Shown here piece by piece: positions 44,524-56,506 of a stretch of 64,000 bases of DNA (the first letter of the stretch is position 1; the number at the start of each line of letters is the position of its first letter). The notes below the pieces were generated by a model, which had not been told where the DNA came from, did no database searches, and saw only the letters and a program-made list of their open reading frames with translations. The DNA comes from Bdellovibrionales bacterium (GTDB lineage: Bacteria > Bdellovibrionota > Bdellovibrionia > Bdellovibrionales > UBA1609): positions 224,001-288,000 of the forward strand of contig CBDHDF010000002.1 of assembly GCA_965261545.1 (NCBI GenBank). Direction: 5' to 3'. Both the position numbers and the translations under genes were made by a program.

Positions 44524-46875
44524 GTGCTTGACCACTCTATGGGCTATGCTCACCAAGACATGATCCATTTCACTTTGGGTGTGGGCCTATGGAGTGAAAA
44601 TGAGGTTTGCTTTGCCGCACTTGCAGCGATTGGAGGATACGCCTTGGCTACCGACGAACCCACCATCGATCCGCCAGGCATCAGCCGCGACCCAGGCCTG
44701 AACCAGCGCCTCGTTGCCGCCTATGATGCGAAGAGTCATAACTATATCCCGCGCACCCATCTGCTGAACGCGCATGGCCGCGCCACCTACATCAACCGGC
44801 TGATCCTCGAGGCCTCGCCTTACCTGATCCAACACGCCCACAACCCGGTCGACTGGCGCACCTGGGGCCCGGAGGCGCTGGCCGAGGCGGCGGCGCGCGA
44901 CCTTCCCATCTTTCTCTCGGTCGGCTACGCCACCTGCCACTGGTGCCATGTGATGGAGGAGGAAAGCTTTGACAACGAAGCCGTCGCGCAAATCCTGAAT
45001 GCCCATTTCATCACCATCAAGATCGACCGCGAGCAGCGCCCCGATCTCGACCACATTTATATCACCGCGACCCAGCTCCAGCAGGGTCATGCTGGCTGGC
45101 CAAACTCGCTGTTCCTGCTGCCGGACGGACGACCCTTCCATACCGGCACCTATTTCCCCCGTCCGCAATTCATTCAGATCCTGCAGGCGTTGGCACAGGC
45201 CTGGCGCGGCGGCAAGCGGGCCGATATCGAGGGTGTCGCCGGGCAGTTATCTGCCGCCATCGCCCGCTTTGCGCCGTCGGAGATCGCCAGCGCAGCGCCG
45301 CCCGGCCCGGCTGAATTCGCTGCCGCTGTCACCCAGCTTGGCAGCATGAATAACGAGTTAGAGGGAGGCTTTTCCAATACTCAACAGTTCCCGCAGGAAG
45401 GCTTCCTGCTGTATCTCATCGACCACTGGCGCCGCACCGGCGACACCCGGGCGCTGGGCATCGCGTCTCGCAGCCTCGATGCCATCGCCGCCGGTGGCAT
45501 CCACGACCACGCTGGCGGCGGCTTTCACCGCTATACCGTCGATCCGAATTGGCGCACCCCGCATTTCGAAAAGATGTTGTATAATCAGGGCCAGCTTTCT
45601 CGCATCTTCATCGAGGGCTGGGAGGCAACCGGTAATCCCGCCTGGCACCGTGCCGCACAGCGCTGCTTTGCCTATGTGCTGCGCGACCTGATCGACGGTC
45701 AGGGTGCCTTCTACGCCGCCGAGGATGCTGACAGTCGCGATGCCACCGGCGCGCTGGAGGAGGGTGCTTTCTACGTCTGCTCGCCTGCCGAGGCCCAACT
45801 GGCGTTGGGTAAAGATGCGGATTACGCCATCGCAACCCTCGGTCTGACCGAGTCTCCTACACTGGAGGCCGGACCGGTCGCCCATCTCGATCCCACCGAG
45901 ACGACTGATTTCGCTGCTCTCGACCCCCTTCTTGAACGCTTGCGCATCGCCCGCGACGTCCGCGCCCGGCCGCTGCGCGACGACAAGGTGATCGCCGGCT
46001 GGAACGGCCTGATGATCCGTGCGCTGGCCGAGGGTGCGGTGGCGCTCCAGGCGCCAGAATATGCCGATGCCGCCGCCCTTGCCGCGCGAGCATTGTGGTC
46101 TCGGCTATGGACCGGCGACCGGCTGATGCGCCTTTGGGCGGGAGACCGGGCACTGGAAGACGGTGCGTTGGAGGATTATGCGTGGCTTGGCCTCGGCCTG
46201 CTGGCGCTATACGACGCTACCGGCGACACCCTTTGGTGCGACCAGGCGGCAACGCTCGCCACCAGCGCCGTCAACCGTTTCGACGATGGCAAGGGCCGGC
46301 TGAAGATGGCCGCCGCCGACGGTCCCATCGGCCCGGTCTACGACACCGCCGACGGCGCCACCCCGGCTGGCGAAAGCGCCATGCTGGAACTGCTCGCCCA
46401 CCTGTCCCTACGGCTGCCCGATCCGGCATTCCCGGCCCACGCCGAACGGCTGCGCGGCGCCCTGTCCGGCCAACTCAGCCAGACGCCGCTGCTACGCCCG
46501 GATGCACTAGTTTCCAGCCGTATCATCGACGATGGCGAAAGCACGCTGCGCCGCAGCCTGGCCAAGGGCGCCATACGCGCCCACCTTTCCAGCGCCGGAT
46601 CACGGTTGATCCTCGACATCGCCCCCGGTTGGCACCTGAACGCCCATCAACCCGGCCCGGACTGGCTGATCGGCGCCCGCATCGACGGCGCGACGGTCAA
46701 CTGGCCGCCGGGCCAGGCGTTGACGCTGAGTTTCAGCGACCAGCCGGTGCGGGTCTACCAGGGCCAACTAGACCTCACCGTTGATGGCACCGCCGATCTG
46801 ATAACCCTGTACGCGCAAGCCTGCTCGGATTCCGTCTGTCTCGATCCAGTCAGCGCAACATTCCGGTTGCGCTGA
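44524..46875 (+). CDS. GC-rich thioredoxin-domain protein (YyaL/DUF255-like) with C-terminal DsbD-N-like domain; native 5' end replaced
   Basis: [48 protein letters not shown] and QACSDSVCL. Abrupt GC shift at ~44610 and ~46890. Confidence 0.9.
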   Translation: MLDHSMGYAHQDMIHFTLGVGLWSENEVCFAALAAIGGYALATDEPTIDPPGISRDPGLNQRLVAAYDAKSHNYIPRTHLLNAHGRATYINRLILEASPYLIQHAHNPVDWRTWGPEALAEAAARDLPIFLSVGYATCHWCHVMEEESFDNEAVAQILNAHFITIKIDREQRPDLDHIYITATQLQQGHAGWPNSLFLLPDGRPFHTGTYFPRPQFIQILQALAQAWRGGKRADIEGVAGQLSAAIARFAPSEIASAAPPGPAEFAAAVTQLGSMNNELEGGFSNTQQFPQEGFLLYLIDHWRRTGDTRALGIASRSLDAIAAGGIHDHAGGGFHRYTVDPNWRTPHFEKMLYNQGQLSRIFIEGWEATGNPAWHRAAQRCFAYVLRDLIDGQGAFYAAEDADSRDATGALEEGAFYVCSPAEAQLALGKDADYAIATLGLTESPTLEAGPVAHLDPTETTDFAALDPLLERLRIARDVRARPLRDDKVIAGWNGLMIRALAEGAVALQAPEYADAAALAARALWSRLWTGDRLMRLWAGDRALEDGALEDYAWLGLGLLALYDATGDTLWCDQAATLATSAVNRFDDGKGRLKMAAADGPIGPVYDTADGATPAGESAMLELLAHLSLRLPDPAFPAHAERLRGALSGQLSQTPLLRPDALVSSRIIDDGESTLRRSLAKGAIRAHLSSAGSRLILDIAPGWHLNAHQPGPDWLIGARIDGATVNWPPGQALTLSFSDQPVRVYQGQLDLTVDGTADLITLYAQACSDSVCLDPVSATFRLR

Positions 46876-47105
46876 GGGAGGCTGGCATATTTGGCAGGGA
46901 ATAGAAAGGATAAAAGGTCTTTTTTAGAAATCCGCAAGGCATGCAAGGCATATCAGTAAGAACTGCAGAGGCCAGCGAAGACTTCAATAGGATTTTTGGG
47001 CTTCATTGGTGGTTTAGGGTGGTGTTGGGCAAAGTTTGAGGAAAATAAGGCCAGAAAAATATGTTGTTTTATGGTGTTGAGACGTACCTCTCCATAGACA
47101 TAGAG

Positions 47106-47195
47106 CAATGCCGTTTCCTTAAGCCATTTTGGGCATATGGAAACACGCTCATAGGGGGTTAGGAGTCAAAGAGTGAGCTTAAGGAAACGGCATTG
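47106..47195. mobile_element. 90-bp MITE, second copy in direct orientation
   Basis: Near-identical to 44407-44496, with perfect TIR CAATGCCGTTTCCTTAAG. Confidence 0.9.
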
Positions 47196-47339
47196 ATTCA
47201 GGGGGGCATGAGTTTACAGAGAGAGATTTATATTTTCTCTGGTAAGAAGGAGCAATTTACCTCTTGAACTCTGCTACCCCCCCCCGTATTGGGTCATAAG
47301 TAAACGACACCACACAAAACTAGGTCAGGTTAAAAAATT

Positions 47340-48665
47340 CTACAAAGAATCCTCTTGTAGAAAAAATGTGGGAAAAGACAGCGTCCCCGAATCGTCCATG
47401 GGAGCGTCGTGATAAGTATCTGAACGAAAAAACTCTGATTTTTTCTCTTCGAGTGTGCGATAATGCCTTCTACGCGTAACTTCATTTGTTCCCCGAATTG
47501 CACGGACTCCATCACCACTTAAAAATTGAGCGGTATTTAGTTGGATATCTATGTTGTCTGTAAAATAACTTTTGCTTTTTTCGCTCCATTTTAGGGCCGT
47601 GGAAAATTCTATATTCATGATGTCCTTGTTTGACGTAGTCGTCTTAAGGGACATAAGGGACATTTTGTAGGGGGAACTCACAACACGATCCAAATTAGGA
47701 AAATGAGGTTCGCCCACCTCTGCCCTGCGTAGGGCTTCATCAAAGAAGCGTTTTGCAAAAGAAGGTTGTCCCTCCTCCGAACAACCCACCCGACATGAAT
47801 ACAGCGTAATGGTCTCAACCTGCTTCACTCCCGTTACATCTATTTCACTTACACGACGAATTAAATGACGAAAGAAATCTTCTGGCCCCAAGCTTTCTTG
47901 GCCATCCACACCCATTACAAGTATCCCCTCGGGATTTCCATGAGCAGTGACTACAATGGATTTTAAACGAACATCCTCAGAAAATAGTTTCATTGGTTGG
48001 TTCCCAGTTAGTGGAAGCTCCATAGATACAATTTCTATAGGACTACTTTTACCTTCGACAGGAGGAGCAGTTCGAACCTGATGATTATACCCACTCGCAA
48101 ATGTTATCGTCGCAGAACTTCTCCCCCCATGAAGCCAAAGGACGACATCTTCTGGCTGTCCCCCTGTGGGATCCATAAAATTGCTGGGATTGCTATTGCT
48201 GTAGATATAAGGAGATTCATTGTAGTGAGATGGATCAACACTTGTGAATCGAAGAATATTTGGGTCGTATTCTCTTTGGTAGAAGTGGTAGCTATTGAGT
48301 CCAAAATTTACGGGTTGGCCCGTGTAACGATAGGGCACGGAATCGACATCCCCCATGGCATTCGTTTCTCCATAGGGAGTGTAGTCAAAGCTTCCCAATA
48401 GATTATTGTCTTCTTTGAGGACAATCCTAGTAGAGCGCCTATGGTCTGCAAGTAAATAACGGGTTTCACTGTTGACTACTTGGGCCAAAACCTGGCCTCT
48501 AGGAGCAAAAATATTAAGTACCTGAGTCTGGCCCTGATTAGAAATTTCCACAAGAGGCTGAAGGCCAAGCCCATAAATAGTGGATACAGTTTGAGTCGAT
48601 GCCATTTGAGCTGAGAAGCCATGTGCCCACAAGAAAAAAACAATTAAAAGTTTCAAAAATTTCAA
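47340..48665 (-). CDS. Secreted mini-RHS core + His/Cys peptidase-like domain protein (probable TTG start)
   Basis: Signal LLIVFFLWAHGFSAQ, NPSNFMDPTG, VTAHG and LYSCRVG. Confidence 0.85.
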   Translation of the reverse strand: MKFLKLLIVFFLWAHGFSAQMASTQTVSTIYGLGLQPLVEISNQGQTQVLNIFAPRGQVLAQVVNSETRYLLADHRRSTRIVLKEDNNLLGSFDYTPYGETNAMGDVDSVPYRYTGQPVNFGLNSYHFYQREYDPNILRFTSVDPSHYNESPYIYSNSNPSNFMDPTGGQPEDVVLWLHGGRSSATITFASGYNHQVRTAPPVEGKSSPIEIVSMELPLTGNQPMKLFSEDVRLKSIVVTAHGNPEGILVMGVDGQESLGPEDFFRHLIRRVSEIDVTGVKQVETITLYSCRVGCSEEGQPSFAKRFFDEALRRAEVGEPHFPNLDRVVSSPYKMSLMSLKTTTSNKDIMNIEFSTALKWSEKSKSYFTDNIDIQLNTAQFLSGDGVRAIRGTNEVTRRRHYRTLEEKKSEFFRSDTYHDAPMDDSGTLSFPTFFLQEDSL

Positions 48666-48896
48666 TGTAGATTTTCTATTCATATCCATACCCATTACAA
48701 TACCCATACCACCTAGTTCCTGTCCAGAAAGGCCCATTTTTTGTTCTCTGACATATAGTGTAGAAAAAATTTTATATCCAGACAAGTGGACTATGAAAAA
48801 TACGTATGATTATTATGCAATACCCCATGACTTTATGGGTCTATACCCAATGCCGTTTCCTTAAGAAGAATTTCTTGAAATCATTAAATAAATCGA

Positions 48897-49180
48897 ATTG
48901 GGTAGAAGGGCCGGTTACCCGACCCAACCCCCATTACCACCACATCGTGCCCTATTGGCAATGGGCTTAAGGCAATGGGCGGACGACAGTTCTGCTCACT
49001 CAACTATATCAATATCGATCTATTCCCACAGTTTTCTACAAAAAGGGTGAATGTTATCTTCCACTTTATTGACAGTGTCGACCACCACGGTAATGTCTCT
49101 TTCGAGGCTCAATCACTTCAACCTTACGGCTTACGGCCCTTCTTTCTTGCTATCTATCTACGCTTAACTCATATTGTTAC
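48897..49180 (-). pseudogene. Degenerate group II intron remnant next to an IS4 end (48848-48896)
   Basis: Minus strand has domain VI-like GGGGGTTGGGTCGGGTAACCGGCCCTTCTACCCAAT and domain I-like GATTGAGCCTCGAAA. Confidence 0.55.
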
Positions 49181-49411
49181 CTCAGGATTTTTGGGCTTAA
49201 CTGGTGGTTTAGGGTGGTGTTGGGCAAAGTTTGAGGAAAATAAGGCCAGAAAAATATGTTGTTTTATGGTGTTGAGACGTACCTCTCCAGGAAACATAGA
49301 GGGAGCAGATGATACAGATCTATGCGTCATTCAGGACAGTCAGAAGTTAAGAAAATGAGTCGAAACTCTCACTTTGTGGGGGCCTCTGGGTGGCCATAGA
49401 GAGGTAAACAA

Positions 49412-49840
49412 TTAACTTTCTACAAAATTTCTACAAAAAATGGGAAGATCGATTTGTAGAGTTCTGCCTGTCTGCCTGTCTACGAGAAATGGCCAATACA
49501 AATTCCACAAATTTTTGACGGTTCTTCCCATGTCCCTTCCTTTTTTGGCTAGCTCTTGGCTGGTTTGTTGATCCAACTCATCCGACCTCTTTAAGAAATA
49601 GCACCACGCTTCACGCTGGTCAACAAGGCCGTCTAACTTTCCAATGAACTTGTTCAATTCTACAATGACAAATTGCATACCATCGGTGAGCCTCAAATAG
49701 GGGTGAGTATCCTGCCTCATGCTGCATGTGTGGTAATAATCGTTGTCCTTGCGTAGCTCAGGAAGGTTCACAGTACTGAAAACAAGGGAGTAAACAGTTC
49801 TTATTTTCTCGTATTTTTCTCCTTCTTTCACTTGATTGGA
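49412..49840 (-). pseudogene. Internal fragment of a PDDEXK_2/Rpn gene
   Basis: Matches ~34835-35172. Confidence 0.9.
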
Positions 49841-50051
49841 GGTATCTATTCAGGGGGGCATGAGTTTACAGAGAGAGATTTATATTTTCTCTGGTAACCT
49901 TCATGGGGGAGCCTTACTTCCCCCCACGCCTTGAATGTTACGTACTGTGTAAGTAAGTACACATAGCTGTAGGGGACGGTAGAATTCAAGACGCAGCGTG
50001 CATATTGAAGAGTCTGTCAAACTCGTAACTCCTCTTCATCCTTTCAGTAGT

Positions 50052-50792
50052 TTATTTATTAGGAACTATAGAGAATATAACAGTAACCGCCGAAGTATAA
50101 GTGGTTTCACCACCTGCTATAGGAACACCTCGTTCTGCTGAATCACCAAAACCATAGCTTGGTCCTCTTGCTTTGTGGCTTGTACCCTCACGGACCTCTA
50201 TAATGGGACCTAGCTTGAATTTCCCCGCGGATGCATATCGTCGAGCTCGTTGGATAGCGTCACCCATGGCTAATTCTTGCGCTTTGTTTTTTAGCTCCAC
50301 CAAGTTTTCGACAATAAAGTGGATTCCCCCAATTTTAGTTACACCAACTTTTACCATGTCATCCAAAATGTTACCAACTTGATCGATAGCACGAACAACA
50401 ATAGTAATAGCATTTGATGTTTCATATCCGAGGAACTCCTCATTACTATTACTATTATTATAACGATATTTTGGTGAAAAACCAATATTTGAAGTCTGGA
50501 TATTGTTTTGCCCTATATCATGATGGTTTTTCAAAGTATCAAACACGCGCTCCATAATTTCGTTGTTCAACTGAATCGACTTACTAGGTGAATCTTCTAG
50601 AGTGATGACTGAAGCTTGAATCCTCACCTTTGTTGGTACCCCACTTACAATACCTTTACCAGAAACGGTTATCGATGGTTGTTCTTCTTCCGTGGCGGCC
50701 TCAGAGGTGACACTCCAGGAATTGATAGAAAAACCCAGAACAAAAGTACATGATATAATAAATAATAATTTACAACTCTTAATATGACTCAT
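50052..50792 (-). CDS. SIMPL (DUF541/YggE/BP26-like) domain protein
   Basis: Signal peptide, ITVSGKGIVSGVP, IQTSN, GYETSN, AMGDAIQRA and VTVIF motifs. Confidence 0.9.
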   Translation of the reverse strand: MSHIKSCKLLFIISCTFVLGFSINSWSVTSEAATEEEQPSITVSGKGIVSGVPTKVRIQASVITLEDSPSKSIQLNNEIMERVFDTLKNHHDIGQNNIQTSNIGFSPKYRYNNSNSNEEFLGYETSNAITIVVRAIDQVGNILDDMVKVGVTKIGGIHFIVENLVELKNKAQELAMGDAIQRARRYASAGKFKLGPIIEVREGTSHKARGPSYGFGDSAERGVPIAGGETTYTSAVTVIFSIVPNK

Positions 50793-51055
50793 GATCTTAT
50801 ACTCCTTATTTGTTTTGTTAATTTTTTTGTTAAATTGTTGAATTTTTTATTATTTTCTTACTCCTACATATGGAAATATGCAAACTTGCAAGCTCATGCA
50901 CTTAAGTACTTAATCAAGGTCAAGGTCAAGGTCATTTTATATTTTAATTTTTTTAATGAAAATAGTGCATTACGTCATAGAATCACGTTAAGAATAAGAA
51001 AGAATAAGAAAATAGAGTCATGTAGAAGAGAAGCCTCCTCCCCCAGAAACGCTTA

Positions 51056-52153
51056 GGAGCCGTTTCAAAATAACTTGAAATAGTTTTGGCTTCACTTTAA
51101 GCTAGTGACACGTCAAATAAAATCAAATATTTGTTTAAAAGCTAATTGAAGCATTGATGACTCCATGATCTAACAACTGGGGTTAAAGTTTTTTCAAAAT
51201 TGACATTGAAGGATCAACATTTCAGGGATCGACATTGAATGTTTCTCCAAAGGGCTCTTTTTCTTCAAGGTGGCTTCTTTATTTGGCTTCCCTTAGGGTC
51301 TTTGGAGCGCTTTTTCCTATTTTGATTTCTCTCTTTCAACTCAATGAGGTTGAGCCTAAAATTTGGTCTCATATGAGGTCCTATGTCCTTCCAAGGGCCA
51401 ATGCCATTCGTCTATGAAAAATAAGAGCACTATTTTTATAGGATTTCCTACATCCTTTAATCTCTCTTTCATACCATCTTGACATCCTCTTTCTTTTTGA
51501 GATATTTTTTGTAACAAGATTTTTCATCAGATTCACAAATCCCTCAATTTCCTCAAACCATATCTTTTTCAACCAATCAAAAGACATTTCTTCTAAAAAT
51601 TTAAAATTAACTTTCTTCGTAATGGGAGTATCTGGACTTACCTCGAAACCTCCATTTTCATGAGCTTCTAGGCGGAGCATATTATTAAGAATGAATGAGG
51701 CATACAGCTCTTGTAAGACTCCATTAATACTTTTTGAATGCAAGGATTCCAGGGCGCCAAGAAACGAACGAAGGAGGTGGAACAAGAAAGAACAGTTCGT
51801 ATGTTCTGAAAGCAATGCCGTTTCCTTAAGCCACCACACCCCTCTGCCTCTGCGTTAATCTATTTCTTTTAAAAGAACTCCCAGCCCTTTTAAGAGACCT
51901 TTCATAGCTTCTTTTGAAGTGCCTCCTCTTCTCCATTGAAATCTTCATGAGAGACTTTACCTGCTTCCTAAATTTCTGATAGAGCTCCGCAACAAAAAGA
52001 GGGATTCTATCCATTATGAAATCAAGAATCAGTTTAAAGTTAGGTTTTTTGTAGTCACTTTTCACCAACTGATTCACACTGTCTTCATCCTCATTTATGC
52101 TCATTTGAATCTTTGTATAATTGAAGAGTCAAAAATAAGAATACAGCTCTTGC
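51056..52153 (-). pseudogene. IS4-family transposase remnants from two lineages; 51813-52153 is a right end of the 58696-type element
   Basis: HSKSINGVLQELYA motif. TIR CAATGCCGTTTCCTTAAG at 51813. Confidence 0.75.
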
Positions 52154-52281
52154 AATCAAATAAACGCGATACATCCCTGTCGTTTGCGCCTCAAAATAGT
52201 AGTAAGACGAGGGCAGGGATGTAATCAGCAAAGCTGATTTCTCTTCTCCTCATCGCCAATTGGAAGGAAGTCATTTTTCGT

Positions 52282-54594
52282 TTACTGAAAAGGCTCCATT
52301 TTGTCCACGGAGTGCCTGAAATAATCCAAAAGCCATTGTTCTTGTCGAATGAGCTTCGTGGGTGTATTTTTCGAGTTAAAAACATATGAAATTTCATCAA
52401 TAATGGCAATGCCTTGGTGGTAGTACACAGGTGACTGGGTCCTTCTATGATTTTTCTTGAGGAGGCGGCCTATTTCTGAAGAGGGGGGTGTCATGTGAAT
52501 ATTATCATTATCTGCCATGGAGTTAAGGTCAACTCTATTCGCTCTATCGCCTCTATCTGTTCTATCGGCTCTATCCGCATCTTTATTTGATTTTTTATGA
52601 GTGAGTGGGGAGGAAGAGTTTGTGGGAGTGAGTCTTATTGTGTGAGGTGAAACAAGAGAGCTTCCCAGCCATTCTTCTGGTTCTTCCAATCCAAGTATAT
52701 AAGTCACGGTGGGGGCAATATCTAAATGAGAGGATGCATTGAGGTAAGTTCCTTTCATAAAATGTAGCTTTCTTAGCCAGTGGGAATTTTTCTTATTGGT
52801 TTCAATATTATTGGGACCCATATTATTGGAACCAATATTATTGGAACCAATGCTATTGGGAGCCAATGGGGGAAGGAGAGGAGTTTGAGGCTCCCCGGGC
52901 AAATCTTTGTGATAAATAAGAAGGGGTATGCATTCTCCATGGCAATTCAAGGGAGTCATATTGCCATTATGATCTGAATAAATAAATAAGAATGTGTTTT
53001 CTAAGAGATCATTCTTGGCAAGATCATGGAAAAATATTTTAAGAGCCTGGTCAGCCTCATAGATCGATGCTATATAATTAAAGAGACCCTGGTCCTGTCT
53101 TGTTATTTCTTTGTCTTTGTGAGAAAATTCCCTAGATCCATTTAAAAAATATTCTTTGGCTTTCAAGCTATAGTTTTTAAAGTTATAGTGGGATTGCACG
53201 GTGATTAAATAAGAGAAAAAAGGTTTATTTTGATCAAAATCTTTTTTCATATGCTGAACGGATTGTTGGTAAAAAGGAGCATCTAAGGCTCCCATTGTTC
53301 CCATCTGTGGTCCTTGAAAGGACTTTTTACCAAAGTACTTTGCCTCAATGCCGATGCTTTCATGGAGTTGATTGCGTCTAAAGAAATTAATTTCATTGGC
53401 GTGGAAAGAGGCTGTTTGGTAACCTTCTTCTTTGAGAAGATCGACGAGTGTGGAGTAGGATTTTTTGATATTAAAGGGCTTGGCAGGATGTGGGAGGAGG
53501 CTTAGTAAAACACCTCTTTCAGGATCGGAGCTTCCCCCCGAGTCGTGGATGGCATAGAAATTCTCAAAATAAAGGGAGCGCTCTTTTAGCTCTGAGAGAA
53601 AAGGGGCTATGGGTTTGCCATTAAAACTATGGTTGAGAACCCATGTATCGAGAGATTCAAATTGAATAAAAATAAAGTTGGGTTTTGTTGTGTCTTGAAT
53701 AGGCGCAATAGGTGCATGTGTACTGTTTTGCGTCGAAACCTTTTCTTCCCCTATGGGAAGGTCTTTCAACAAAAGGAGAGACAGTTTGCCTGGCATTTTG
53801 TCAGGTTTGGTCTCTACAAATTTCTCTACGATATGCATATCTATATAAGTCTTAAGAAAGCCTTGGCTGACAGCATAGAGAGTGGGGTAGCGATATATCT
53901 CTTTCGTTTGGCTTATGAGAAAATTCTTTGAAAGTATTTGAAAAATAGAGTTTATAGGAGCAATAAGATTCATAAGGACGAAGATAAAACTATAGAGAAC
54001 TATTCTTTTGTACACCATTTTCTTATAAAGTTTTATTTCTTGAAAGTTGGTAAAAAAGAGGAGAGAGGAAGTAAGAACCAACAAAGTCATGCTGATCAAA
54101 TAATAGGGCTCAAAAAAAAGGTCGATGATAACGCTTGGACCTAAGGCCAATACCTCTGCGGCATTCTTGTAGGATCCAAGACTAATAATATTTCCAAACC
54201 ATTGAACATGTCGTGCTGTGACCAGGGTGAAAAGTCCATAGACTCCAAGAAACAAAAAAGAAAGAAGATTTGGAAAGATACGTGGAAAAGAGAATATTCT
54301 CCCCAAAAGTTGCCACCCCCAGACGGGACCGATAATAAATAGACTCACAACAAATAATCCATTGAGAGTAAAGTAGAGGTAAGCAATGTAGTTATCTTTA
54401 GGGGAATATTGATATAGTTGTATGCAAAACATGAAATAATGAATAAATAAAAGAACACAAAAAGCGAGGCCCCGATGGGCGAGGAGAGAGACCAATGAAC
54501 AATTCCATTGTGGATGATGTTGGGAATTTAGTTTCTTATCCGGACGGGAGGGCTTACTTGTTATTATGTCATGATTAATATGAAAGAGCTGCAC
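52282..54594 (-). CDS. LTA-synthase / sulfatase-like membrane protein
   Basis: N-terminal TM helices, PNFIFIQFESL, GGSSDPE, ITVQSH, YSDH and SHLDIAPT motifs. Confidence 0.85.
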   Translation of the reverse strand: MQLFHINHDIITSKPSRPDKKLNSQHHPQWNCSLVSLLAHRGLAFCVLLFIHYFMFCIQLYQYSPKDNYIAYLYFTLNGLFVVSLFIIGPVWGWQLLGRIFSFPRIFPNLLSFLFLGVYGLFTLVTARHVQWFGNIISLGSYKNAAEVLALGPSVIIDLFFEPYYLISMTLLVLTSSLLFFTNFQEIKLYKKMVYKRIVLYSFIFVLMNLIAPINSIFQILSKNFLISQTKEIYRYPTLYAVSQGFLKTYIDMHIVEKFVETKPDKMPGKLSLLLLKDLPIGEEKVSTQNSTHAPIAPIQDTTKPNFIFIQFESLDTWVLNHSFNGKPIAPFLSELKERSLYFENFYAIHDSGGSSDPERGVLLSLLPHPAKPFNIKKSYSTLVDLLKEEGYQTASFHANEINFFRRNQLHESIGIEAKYFGKKSFQGPQMGTMGALDAPFYQQSVQHMKKDFDQNKPFFSYLITVQSHYNFKNYSLKAKEYFLNGSREFSHKDKEITRQDQGLFNYIASIYEADQALKIFFHDLAKNDLLENTFLFIYSDHNGNMTPLNCHGECIPLLIYHKDLPGEPQTPLLPPLAPNSIGSNNIGSNNMGPNNIETNKKNSHWLRKLHFMKGTYLNASSHLDIAPTVTYILGLEEPEEWLGSSLVSPHTIRLTPTNSSSPLTHKKSNKDADRADRTDRGDRANRVDLNSMADNDNIHMTPPSSEIGRLLKKNHRRTQSPVYYHQGIAIIDEISYVFNSKNTPTKLIRQEQWLLDYFRHSVDKMEPFQ

Positions 54595-55007
54595 CTGCTC
54601 ACCACCTGGAGGTTTTTTTATTGAATTTATTATGTAAATTTATTATAAATTTTCATATAAAAAAGTACCCTATGCTACCAAGGACACCAATAAGAAATGG
54701 TCCAGAGATAAGGTCTTGCAAAATGACTCTCCACGCACAAGAAGCAATGATGAGTCGCATCATTTCTTATCGGTTGCATGCAATCAATAGTGAATGCTAG
54801 GGCGTGTCGTTCTTTGAATTTGTAACCACATATCATCTGTTAAAATTCTTCTAGTCATTGAAACCTCCATTCTTCAAACTTTAAGAAATTCCTGAGGGAT
54901 CGGATCGATATTCAGAATTTTGGAAGGTATAGGATGACCGGATAGCTGATTTTCAGCCTAGAAACAAGTAAATAGAGATTTTGCTGTCTCCAGGGAAAGA
55001 GTTTTTC

Positions 55008-55553
55008 TCAGGATTTTGTGTTTTTGACTTTTTTACGCAGATTTTCCACGTTTTTGGAAGTGAGTCTAGTACATAGACAAATCGCTTCTACCTCAAACTC
55101 ATCCAAGTTTATACCCATCTGAAACAACTCCACAATGGTCTCATGGCGAAGCTTCCAGATACTACTCATTATAAGCAAAATCGGCCTAGAAAGCAAATTC
55201 CTGCCAACTCCACGGTAAAGGTTTATATCATGGATATTCAACAACTTACAACGAAAATTGAGGATATTCTTTCCAAATTTTTGTCTTAAAACGGGAGTGA
55301 GCCCATCCAGAGAATCTTGAAAATTCAGGGGGCCTCTCCAGTGTTTTTGTCGTCCGTGATAGACCAGTATGGGAATGACTGGGTAATTCCAACGATTGTA
55401 AACAAGAGTCTGGTACCTCAGAATCTGCTGGAGAACTTGAGAATCCTGATGACTTTTGTGTTCGAGCAGAAAAAAGAGACGTACCCGTTTTTTGGACCCC
55501 TTGACTTGAACTGAGAATAAAAGGTCAATGCGCCGCTCATTGCCCTCTTCAAA
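55008..55553 (-). pseudogene. Rpn (YhgA-like) paralog, 5'-truncated and internally deleted
   Basis: Matches 61528-62538 but jumps from ELFQMG.NL to FEVEAICLC. Confidence 0.9.
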
Positions 55554-55772
55554 TGATATTCGCCTCCACTCTGTCATCAAAGGTTATGGGGCGCCCCGCT
55601 CTTGGGGCGTCTTCGTGTTGTTATCTTGAAAAACTTCTTGGACGGAGTACTAGAAAGAACTTGGTGAGAGATTTCGGAAGGACGGGTGACCGTATGCAGC
55701 AAAAGATGGTAATTTTTTGCAAAATGGATAGGTATATTTTCTTGACATACTTTTTCATAGACGAATGGCATT

Positions 55773-55985
55773 GTGCCGGGGGTGGTGGCGAGAACATCCA
55801 CTTATGCCCTCACCAATGCGACTTTCAAGTATTGCTCTATGCTGGCATCCATGGGAGTGGAAGCTGCTGTGAGTGAAGACCCCGCTCTTTACAAGGGACT
55901 CAATTGTTACGGTGGTTATGTGACTTATGAGGCTGTTGCCAATGATTTGGGTATGGAGTACAGGGATTTCAAGACTTTGATTTAG
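55773..55985 (+). pseudogene. ald: Alanine dehydrogenase C-terminal fragment cut by an IS4-type end
   Basis: PGVVARTSTYALTNAT...ALYKGLN...VTYEAVA, preceded by ACGAATGGCATTG. Confidence 0.85.
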
Positions 55986-56008
55986 TTTCTTTAAATTGAT
56001 GGATCTTC

Positions 56009-56506
56009 TCAATCTAGAGCTCCATCTTTGATGGACCAACCTTTATTCACTAAGTTAAATCGTGCGGCCTCAGCTTTGGAATTATATTTTAATTGGCCCA
56101 CATCAATTTTTCTCCAGATGTCGGTTTTTGTAGGTGTGTTCTTACTGAGATTTATTAAGAGTTTTGAATAATTCTCAGTGGATAGACCTGATGAATCAAA
56201 GACCTTTTTGAAAGAAGTCACATTTTTAAAATTCCAACTACTTGTATCTGGATTTGCTTTGGGGGCAAGGCTAAACATAAATTCCATATGAGTGACCTTA
56301 GAAGTGTTCCAGCGACTTGTATCTGGATTCGCTTTGCTCAGTTCGAAGACACTTTCAAACATTTGTGCCATATTAGTGACATTGGAGGTATCCCAGCCAC
56401 TTGTGTCTGGCTTCGCTTCATGAGCATGAGCAAACATAGCTAACATATTAGTGACACTGGAAGTATCCCAACCACTTGTATCTGAATTTGCTTCGATATA
56501 ATTCAT
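56009..56506 (-). pseudogene. BspA-like (DUF285) repeat protein, C-terminal fragment
   Basis: WDTSSVTNM, WNTSKVTHM repeats and a GWSIKDG tail. Abuts an IS-like end TAATGCAGGCG. Confidence 0.8.

Noticed and set aside
46095..46784. 229-aa Arg/Pro-rich ORF and other overlapping ORFs in the GC-rich gene
   Set aside because: Alternative-frame shadows expected in high-GC coding DNA.
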